A DNA stretch of 58,429 nt, the filler included, from Basidiobolus meristosporus CBS 931.73 (lineage: Eukaryota > Fungi > Basidiobolomycota), in assembly GCA_002104905.1 (NCBI GenBank). It is 3 parts of 3 records of this genome, joined end to end, with 100 filler letters (N's around TTAATTAATTAA, not from the genome) between each part and the next. Parts side by side here need not be neighbours in the genome. Positions count along the whole stretch, not along the records: positions 41,831 to 58,429 come from MCFE01001116.1; 2 more parts are not named here. One strand, written 5' to 3'. A model generated the notes under the pieces. The model saw only the letters and a list, made by a program, of their open reading frames with translations. It searched no databases and had not been told where the DNA came from. Numbering within the stretch: the stretch's first letter is position 1; every line of letters starts with the position of its first letter. Of the stretch, positions 48,802 through 58,429 are shown piece after piece. The translations under genes and the position numbers were made by a program.

Positions 48802-48805
48802 AACC
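48792..48805 (-). promoter_or_regulatory. Primer-binding site for the anticodon-arm half of initiator tRNA-Met
   Basis: Plus strand CAGGGCTCATAACC equals the anticodon arm of fungal tRNAiMet, as in Ty5 and Drosophila copia. Same PBS at 35464 and ~50313-50324. Confidence 0.85.
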
Positions 48806-49936
48806 TGTTGTCAGAGTCTTGGAGATATTGGAAGTGATTGGGAGGACAAGTAAATCATGTGGCTTTCACTTAATGATTTATGGAATGTAAAAGTAGTATT
48901 TATACTTTTACATGGTCTTGGCATTACAAGCACATAGAATAGGTTAAGGAAGGTCCCAAGAACATGTGTGCAAAGTTTGGGGCTGTTTGGACAACTTTGA
49001 GAATTCTCATGTTCTGGGTACCTGGTATTTTGGTGAAAATATTCCAAGTAAATCCCAACAAGGAATTTGGTCAGTATTCTCTAGGATTTGAAGGTGATGA
49101 TCTAAGTGACTAAGTTAGGTGAATATTTAGGTGGAATTAAGAATTTTTACAACAGGATTTACTACTGATACAGCCATTGCATTTGATTGAAAACAACAAG
49201 CACAGAGGTGCACTCAGAAACACATATGTCAATGGTATTATGAAGCTAAGCAGCCCAAATGCTTGAATAATACCTACAGCAAGCAAAGATAGGGTTTGTT
49301 GCAGCAAGCCACCAGTTTATTCTTGAAAAACCTCTGCCAAAGTATGCCAGGTATCTATCCCTATTAAAACAATTTGGTCCTGTGGATCCAATTCAGATCA
49401 GCCATCAAGATCCTGCAATAAGGCCATCAAAATGCCAGCAGCTTGAAATTCTTGACCCTCTTTACAGTTGTATGATGGTATTGTGACAGTGTTTTACTGT
49501 CTTTACTGCTAAATGCACTAATAAACTTGATGGTGTTTTGATGGTCTTTCTGTGGGGTTTGCATGGCATTACAGCAGTCCTAATGCAGGCTACATTTATT
49601 TGAGAAGATCTAACTAGCTGATACATGCAGTTGCCTTGTATAGTAAAAAATGTGATGGTATTTTGGTGGCCTTTATGCAGCCCTCTGTTGGTATTATCAT
49701 GAAAGTACAGTGGCCTACCACTACTCTGCATAATGGCACCATACCAACTAACCAAATGGTATATTATTTCTATACCTCCCCTTGTGCCATTGACATATTC
49801 CACTGTTAAATCGAACCTCTGTTTTTGCTAACCCACTAATACCATGGGTATTTCACATGTAGTTAAATAAAAAAACTATGGCCTCCTGCTTGCTAATGTC
49901 TACATATATGCACACCTACTGCAATTGACACACTAA

Positions 49937-50673
49937 TGTTATTGTAAGAGCTTGGAGATATCAGAAGTGATTGGGAGAACAAGTAAATTATGTGGTTCTT
50001 GTTGTAAGAGTCTAATGCCTTCCAGGCATTCTTTGCCATTTTTGCTTGTGAGCATTGAATTAGCAATTTGTTCTTAACATTAAGGCAAACGCAGTTAAAG
50101 GCACTTTGTTCTTTCTTTTGGTACTTTAAGGCTTCTTCTCCCAAGTTTTTAGGAGGGCATTCTTCTCCCATGACAATATCCCAAATGCCTCTTTCTTGTA
50201 GCGCATCTTCATCTTCACCTTCCACACTTGGTAGTTAGATCCATCCAGCTTTTCAGCAGAGGGAAAAATTCCAGTAATAGCAGTAGTTGACATTGCAGAG
50301 AGTGACAGCTTGGGGCTCATAACCTGTTGTCAGAGTCTTGGAGATATTGGAAGTGATTGGGAGGACAAGTAAATCATGTGGCTTTCACTTAATGATTTAT
50401 GGAATGTAAAAGTAGTATTTATACTCTTACATGGTCTTGGCTTTACAAACACATAAAATAGGTTAAGAAAGATCCCAAGAACATGTGTGCAAGGTTGGGG
50501 GCTGTCTGGACAACTTTGGGAATTTTCATGTTCTGGGTACCTGGTATTTTGGTGAAAATATTCCAAGTAAATCCCAACAAGGAATTTGGTCAGTATTCTC
50601 TAGGATTTGAAGGTAATGATCTAAGTGACTTAGTTAGGTGAATATTTAGGTGGAATTACAAGTTTTTATAACA
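49937..50673 (-). mobile_element. Internally deleted Copia remnant: 5' LTR 50325-50673, PBS, ~300 nt gag, two LTR-start fragments
   Basis: LTR start tgttgtaagagtct is fused to gag aatgcc through TCT microhomology at ~50010; extra LTR-start fragment at 49937-49998. Confidence 0.85.
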
Positions 50674-51400
50674 GATTCAACCGGCCAGAACATCTAATTG
50701 TTTTATATGGCAAGAAACTTAACAGTATTTCAATGGGCTCACAGCAAGACTCTGATGGCATTATATTGGCAGTATGGTGGCCTACAGCTGGTTCTGTATA
50801 ATGCCACTGTATCAATTTACCAAATGGTATTTCCTTTTTCTACCTTCCCCTGTGCAATTCATATATTCCACGGTAGAATCACCCCTCTTTATTTGCGTAC
50901 CCACTACTACCTTGGGTATTCCACATATAGTTTGAGTCAAAAAAAACTATGGCCTCCTGCTTACTAACCTCTACAAACATGCACACCTGCTGCAATTGAC
51001 ATGCTTCTATCACCACAACTTTATGGCTGTTTAGTGTGATACTTGCAAACTTGCCATATACCTTGTACTGCTGGTAACATATACATCTTGCAAACATATA
51101 CTTGGTTGTTGCCACTTCTGCTATGAATACCTCCTGAATATCCACTGTGGTAGGGCAAACATACCTCCCACAGACAAGTTTATTCATATAGTCATTATGA
51201 TATACTTATCCATATTTTATCTTATCAGTATTATCCCATTCTTCTTTTGCCCATATTATCAGTATTATCCCCATATGATGTCTACCCTGATTAGTTATTA
51301 GCATTAGTTATCCCAGATGTTATTCAGCTTTGTGATCAGTATATGTATCTACATAAGGCAAGTACCCGCATCAGTACCCGTGACACATGACCTAGGTCTC

Positions 51401-54400
51401 TGTTACCATCCCTACCATTTCAATACCATATATAGTACTTCTATGTTGCACAGGTTTCAGACTACTGATCCCTGATTGGTTGAATGTACTGTGCCTGTTA
51501 GAACCTTCCAGGACATTCTTGGTATATTTTTAGCTCATAGTGATGCCATCAAGAATTCCACTGATACCTAGAATCTTCTAGAACCTTGTCATTAGTAATC
51601 ACTTGGCAATCAGGAAAAGTATTTAAGGGAAAGCAATCCCTCATCAATAAATCATCCCTTCTATCAGTAACACTTCTACCTTATTGATTAGCAGTTGATC
51701 ACTGCACCTGCCTTCAACAGTACATCTCAGACCTGCCATCAAGGAGCTTTTCAGGGTAGTACACAAGACACACAGAGGCCTTTGGAGACACTTGGAGCAC
51801 CTAGGAAGCTAGAGAAGCAGGAGCTTTTACCATAGTGACATATTGACAAAGACACCAGCAGTTTAGACACAGAGGTTATCGCACCCATCAGACACCTCAC
51901 ACACCTTGAGTTGTGTAGCTTCTCCCAGGAGTACCTCTACACCACCACACCGCAAAGAACTTATTGGTATTTAGCCAATATATTCCTTCTCTCTGCTGGA
52001 TTCTAGTCCCCCTTATAGATATGCTCTGGCTCTTGTTTGTGTAAATTCTGTGTTGAAAGGTGTAGAAGTTGGCTTGTGACCAAGAGAAATCTAGTATACC
52101 TTGGTAGAGTTTTCCTAATAAAAATTAGTTGCTTGTTGCACCCAACCCAACTTTGCATTACTTAACTGGTTACTGTTGTGCATCAACATTTAAAACTTAG
52201 CCAATTTTAATCCGTTTGAAAATCTAGTACCCTAACTGATTTTCCCTAACCCAAACATAACAAATCCCAGTTACAGTTTATTTTATCCCACCTCAGAATC
52301 TATTTTTAGCTATCACACCTGATCTATTTTCAAATGGTCATTACGTTATCAACCTATCTGCCAAGCCTTCCCAGGTGATTAGTCATCTGAGATCTATTCA
52401 ACCACGGTGCAGTTGCCAAGACATCAGTTGATTGATGATGTAATTTTCATTTATCTTATGCACCTATGAACACCCAAATTGATTTCAATCAATCCAGTCC
52501 CTTGGCGCTTACTAATTCAACTTGATCAGAAAAGTATAAATAAAGTTTACTGAACCTTTTGGTTTAGTGTGTGTCTCAACAAAATTAAGATTCTGTCTCA
52601 GCAAAAATAAGAATCCAACAATTCCGTTCTAGTTTCTATCCAAGCCTAGTATATCTAGCACTCCAAAGAACACCAAGCCTAGCCTGCCTGGCAAACAAAT
52701 ATCATTGTCTTTATAGCCAACCCAGCTATATCCAAGACCAATATTAGATCAGAATCTTTCTGCTAATATTTCCGCCACTCTCTGACAATTCTAAGATTCT
52801 GCACTTAATTGTCCCTTTGGTTCAGTTAAACCATTCAAGAAGTTTTATTACACTTTCTCTTGGATACAACATTTTTTTTGTTGAATTCCATTACATTCAG
52901 CCAATTAGAAGATGTCCTCAGCAGCAAGCAATCCAAACCTTTCCATGTTGGAAGAGGCCTGAAGAAATCAGGAAGAACTTACTGAACAGCTTGAAAACAT
53001 CATGCTTGAAAGAAATACCATGATGCTTGAGCACTCAAAGCTTGCCAAAACAAGATCTGATAATCACCGTAGAGATGAACTCCTTGAAGTTATATCTGGT
53101 TACCAAGATGAAATTGGAATAATTAAGGAAGCACTGGAGAATATTGCCATAGTAATTGACAGCATTGAAAATCCACCAAGCCTTGCTCTGCATCAGCCAC
53201 CAAGAAGTCATGCCTTTGAGTCCTCCAGATCTACATCTCCTTCTAGACCTGCCCCGGTGGTTGTCCCAAGATCCTTGCCTGTTTATGCTGAAGGCACCAA
53301 TGCCATCAAGAATCTAACTGAGTTTCTTTACAAGTTTAGTCACGTCTTAGCTGCACACCAGCTAGACCCTGACACCAACTGGGCTAGACTCCTGCCTCTC
53401 TGTCTCACAATGCAAGATGCTGACTGGGTTGAAGTGAACATTCCTTCCAATAGTACGTGGAAAATTGCCCAAAACCTCTTTTGCAGCCATTTTGAAGATC
53501 CTCTCAAGAAAGCACATCTGAACTGCAACTTATGGAAAACTAAGATGCAAAAAGGTGAATCTGTGCAACACTTCTGTGATAGATTCCAAAGACAAATGAG
53601 ATTAGCTGGAGTTAGTGATGATAATCCATTGCTTACTGCTCATTTTCTTTCAAACTTTTCACACCAGCTACAGAGCAAATTGCTATTGTCAAAGCATGTA
53701 ACCCTGCACGTACCTATGACCAGATCTCAGAGATATGTACACTGGCAATCACCTTGACTGCAGCTGTTAGCCAGACTTCAGGCAACTCAACCCAATATCC
53801 CACAACAGCCGGAAAAGAGACCAGTCATGTGACCAAGAAGCAATCAACCGCTACCAAGCACTGTGAGCTTCATGGAAAATGCTATCATTCTACCAGTGAA
53901 TGCAAAGGCATCACCAAGCAGTCAAACAAGTCAGGAAACACCGCAGAAAAGCAGCAAAACACCAAAACCAATAATCCATATGCTGATGACAAGTGCTTTA
54001 AATGTGGAAATATGGGACATAGATCACCTGCCTGTCCTGAGAAGAACTCCACACCATCAGCCAAAATTACCCAGATCCTTGATGATCATTCAGCCAATGA
54101 TACAATGAGGTATGAAGAAGCATATGAAGAACTTACAGTTCAAGATTATCACAACCTCTTTGAGTTTCCAGCTAAAATTGCAACTGTTCAAGAAAAGAAG
54201 CAACCAATCACACAGCTCAAAGCCATAGAAGTGCCACTCACCCTCAATGGCCAATCATATGTAGCACTACTGGATACTGGATCATCCAACTCTATTGTAT
54301 CACCCAATGTAGTCAGAGAACTCAATTTGGAGATAGAAAAACAACCAGGAAAAATCATTCTTGCAGCTAAGGATCTCTCAGCCCCAAGAATTGGCATTAC

Positions 54401-55979
54401 CAACCCAATCAACATACATTGTGGCTCAGTAACCATAATCCATCAGATGGAAGTGATTGACATACCAGATGGACCTCAGGTAGTCATTGGTCTGGACACC
54501 TTCAGCAAACTTGGCTTTCACATAGGCGGACTACCAGTTTCCTATCCAGGAATCACTAAATCTCAGCCACTCATAATGGATCAAATCCCAGAGATTATCT
54601 CATCCCAACCAGAAGAAGAAGAGTTAACCCCAACTTTTCAAGAATATTCTCAATCAGTCAAATTGGATATTCAGCCGGCCATAGAGAAAAATCAGGCCAT
54701 TCCAAGGAACAGCTTCTGCACCATCCCAGAATCAATTGTTACACTAGAGACCCCACCTGGTGAGTCAACATGGAGGAGGCAATACCCAATTCCGCATTCA
54801 TGTCAACACTTAGTTGATGAGATAGTCCAAAAATGGGCTGACAATGGAATTATCACTCAAGCCCCTGTCAACACAACATTCAACAGCCCTTTGACGCTTG
54901 CACCAAAGAAAGATGCTGATGGAAATCTAACCTTGAAGTGATCCTGTTTGGACCCCAGACCTCTGAACAAGCTTCTCCAAGATGACAAGTTTCCAATTCC
55001 AAGAATCCAAGATATCTTTTCCGCACTATCAGGAGCAAAAGTATTCTCCAAGTTGGACTTGAAGGATGCATATCACCGATTCCAGATCCATCCTGATCAC
55101 CAGCATAAGACTGCCTTCACTTGGAATAATATGCAATGGATGTTTCAGGGAGCTCCCTTTGGCCTAAAGACACTTACCAGCAAGTTTCAGAGAGTCATGA
55201 CTATAATACTCAAGAATGCACCATACGCATTGGTATTTGTTGATGATGTCATCATATTTTCCACTAACCGTGATGATCATGCAACCCATGTCACTGATGT
55301 AATTAACAGACTGACAACTGCTGGACTGATTCTCAATGCTGAAAAGTGCAGTTTTGCCCGCCTCAAAATCAATCTACTTGGATTTATAGTCACACCAGCT
55401 GGCCACCAATTAGATCCTTTCAAACTGGTCAATATCCCAGAATGGCCAAAACCCACTAGTGCCAAGCAACTTCAACATTATCTTGGAGTATTCAACTATT
55501 TCAGGGAACACATACCACTCATGTCCTCATTGAGTGCCCCTTTAGATGCATTACACCATAGCCCTGATCTCACCTCAGCCTGGAACAAGACTCATGACCA
55601 AGCCTTTGAGTCACTCTGCCAACTGCTTCCACAAGCACCCACCTTATCCTACCCAGACTTTACTAAGCCCTTTGTTGTTGCTACGGATGCATCTAATGTT
55701 GGGTTAGGGGCAGTCCTCTATCAAGATGAAGACCAAAATCCGCCTCACTGGATCTCTTTCCAAGCCAGGTCCCTACAACCTGCTGAGAGAAACTACTCTG
55801 CTACCAAGAAGGAGCTACTTGCCATAGTCTTTGCCTTGAAGAAGTTTCATCAGTATCTATGGGGTAATCCTTTTACCTTGTACACTGACCACCAAGCCCT
55901 TGTCTATATCCACACTCAGAAGACTCTGACTCCAAATGCTTACCAGACATGGCTTGATACTCTACTTGATTATGATATA
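51401..55979 (+). mobile_element. Ty3/Gypsy element (candidate 5' LTR 51401-52188, gag-PR-RT-RH), ending before the integrase
   Basis: TGTT...AACA candidate LTR with TATA-like and AATAAA signals; CCHC KCFKCGNMGHRSPAC, LLDTGSS, DLKDAYHRF, FVDDVII, TDASNVG. Frameshift ~53680 and TGA at 54939. Confidence 0.9.
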
Positions 55980-56038
55980 GTAATTTAAATTCAATAATTC
56001 TCAATGAATGAAAATCACATGAGAAATAGACATGATAA

Positions 56039-58429
56039 TATATCATAATCAAGTAGAGTATCAAGCCAGTTGGTAAGCATTGGAGTCAGAGTCTTCTGAG
56101 TGTGGATATAGACAAGGCTTGGTGGTCAGTGTACAAGGTAAAAGGATTACCCCATAGATACTGATGAAACTTCTTCAAGGCAAAGACTATGGCAAGTAGC
56201 TCCTTCTTGGTAGCAGAGTAGTTTCTCTCAGCAGGTTGTAGGGACCTGGCTTGGAAAGAGATCCAGTGAGGCGGATTTTGGTCTTCATCTTGATAGAGGA
56301 CTGCCCCTAACCCAACATTAGATGCATCCGTAGCAACAACAAAGGGCTTAGTAAAGTCTGGGTAGGATAAGGTGGGTGCTTGTGGAAGCAGTTGGCAGAG
56401 TGACTCAAAGGCTTGGTCATGAGTCTTGTTCCAGGCTGAGGTGAGATCAGGGCTATGGCGTAATGCATCTAAAGGGGCACTCAATGAGGACATGAGTGGT
56501 ATGTGTTCCCTGAAATAGTTGAATACTCCAAGATAATGTTGAAGTTGCTTGGCGCTAGTGGGTTTTGGCCATTCTGGGATATTGACCAGTTTGAAAGGAT
56601 CTAATTGGTGGCCAGCTGGTGTGACTATAAATCCAAGTAGATTGATTTTGAGGCGGGCAAAACTGCACTTTTCAGCATTGAGAATCAGTCCAGCAGTTGT
56701 CAGTCTGTTGATTACATCAGTGACATGGGTTGCATGATCATCACGGTTAGTGGAAAATATGATGACATCATCAACAAATACCAATGCGTATGGTGCATTC
56801 TTGAGTATTATAGTCATGACTCTCTGAAACTTGCTGGTAAGTGTCTTTAGGCCAAAGGGAGCTCCCTGAAACATCCATTGCATATTATTCCAAGTAAAGG
56901 CAGTCTTATGCTGATGATCAGGATGGATCTGGAATCGGTGATATGCATCCTTCAAGTCCAACTTGGAGAATACTTTTGCTCCTGATAGTGCGGAAAAGAT
57001 ATCTTGGATTCTTGGAATTGGAAACTTGTCATCTTGGAGAAGCTTGTTCAGAGGTCTGGGGTCCAAACAGGGTCTCTTCAGGGTTAGATTTCCATCAGCA
57101 TCTTTCTTTGGTGCAAGCGTCAAAGGGCTGTTGAATGTTGTGTTGACAGGGGCTTGAGTGATAATTCCATTGTCAGCCCATTTTTGGACTATCTCATCAA
57201 CTAAGTGTTGACATGAATGCGGAATTGGGTATTGCCTCCTCCATGTTGACTCACCAGGTGGGGTCTCTAGTGTAACAATGGATTCTGGGATGGTGCAGAA
57301 GCTGTTCCTTGGAATGGCCTGATTTCTCTCTATGGCCGGCTGAATATCCAATTTGACTGATTGAGAATATTCTTGAAAAGTTGGGGTTAACTCTTCTTCT
57401 TCCGGTTGGGATGAGATAATCTCTGGGATTTGATCCATTATGAGCGGCTGAGATTTAGTGATTCCTGGATAGGAAACCGGTAGTCCGCCTATGTGAAAGC
57501 CAAGTTTGGTGAAGGTGTCCAGACCAATGACTACCTGAGGTCCATCTGGTATGTCAATCACTTCCATCTGATGGATTATGGTTACTGAGCCACAATGTAT
57601 GTTGATTGGGTTGGTAATGCCAATTCTTGGGGCTGAGAGATCCTTAGCTGCAAGAATGATTTTTCCTGGTCGTTTTTCTATCTCCAAATTGAGTTCTCTG
57701 ACTACATTGGGTGATACAATAGAGTTGGATGATCCAGTATCCAGTAGTGCTACGTATGATTGGCCATTGAGGGTGAGTGGCACTTCTATGGCTTTGAGCT
57801 GTGTGATTGGTTGCTTCTTTTCTTGAACAGTTGCAATTTTAGCCGGAAACTCAAAGAGGTTGTGATAATCTTGAACTGTAAGTTCTTCATATGCTTCTTC
57901 ATACCCCATTGTATCATTGGCTGAATGATCATCAAGGATCTGGGTAATTTTGGCTGATGGTGTGGAGTTCTTCTCAGGACAGGCAGGTGATCTATGTCCC
58001 ATATTTCCACATTTAAAGCACTTGTCATCAGCATATGGATTATCAGTTTTGGTGTTTTGCTGCTTTTCTGCGGTGTTTCCTGACTTGTTTGACTGCTTGG
58101 TGATGCCTTTGCATTCACTGGTAGAATGATAGCATTTTCCATGAAGCTCACAGTGCTTAGTAGCGGTTGACTGCTTCTTGGTCACATGACTGGTCTCTTT
58201 TCCGGCTGTTGTGGGATATTGGGTTGAGTTGCCTGAAGTCTGGCTAACAGCTGCAGTCAAGGTGATTGCCAGTGTACATATCTCTGAGATCTGGTCATAG
58301 GTACGTGCAGGGTTGCATGCTTTGACAATAGCAATATTGCTCTGTAGCTGGTGTGAAAAGTTTGAAAGAAAATGAGCAGTAAGCGATGGATTATCATCAC
58401 TAACTCCAGCTAATCTCATTTGTCTTTGG
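56039..58429 (-). mobile_element. Second copy of the same Gypsy, inverted; continuous gag-PR-RT-RH ORF 56086-58419
   Basis: Reverse complement of ~53590-55979 at roughly 99% identity; 777-aa ORF; extends past the window end. Confidence 0.95.

Larger units (their letters stand above)
44487..49154 (-). mobile_element. Full-length Ty1/Copia LTR retrotransposon (4668 bp), TSD GGATT
   Basis: LTRs 44487-44818 and 48806-49154; GGATT at 44482-44486 and 49155-49159; PPT GAGTGGGAG; PBS 48792-48805. Confidence 0.98.
44170..51180 (-). pseudogene. Possible decayed PIF/Harbinger-like transposase relic, split by Copia insertions
   Basis: Weak motifs only: YVNGT (~DGT, 49790), FDGLI (~49425), RVAVKH (~RxxVEH, 44445). 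49720-49935 and 50760-51000 are diverged duplicates. Confidence 0.3.

Overview
Eukaryotic fungal DNA. The short GT-AG introns, TTAGGG telomere and gene content suggest an early-diverging lineage; this is inference. The window is three contigs joined by artificial 100-nt linkers (44N+TTAATTAATTAA+44N at 16580-16679 and 41731-41830), so adjacency across the linkers is meaningless. Contig 1 (1-16579) holds decayed retroelement relics, a Pho85-type cyclin gene, a GT13/GnT-I-like glycosyltransferase gene and nested Ty1/Copia copies. Contig 2 (16680-41730) is a subtelomere ending in (TTAGGG)37. It is built from same-orientation modules, most starting with a short TTAGGG-like seed: LINE-type RT elements of two subfamilies, an ORF1-only partner element, nine copies of a shared 3'-end motif, and a double-hairpin module. 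That module leads into a ~10 kb unit carrying Kelch, SNF2 and tyrosine recombinase sequences. Decayed ABCA and MFS transporter genes also lie here. Contig 3 (41831-58429) holds ESF1, a full-length Copia with TSD GGATT, and a Ty3/Gypsy copy followed by an inverted second copy. The best candidate for a new system is a telomere-attached, apparently split (ORF1-only plus RT) non-LTR retroelement family that has repeatedly capped this chromosome end. The telomere-seeded recombinase/helicase unit is a second candidate. All family assignments come from motif recognition by eye; no database search was run.
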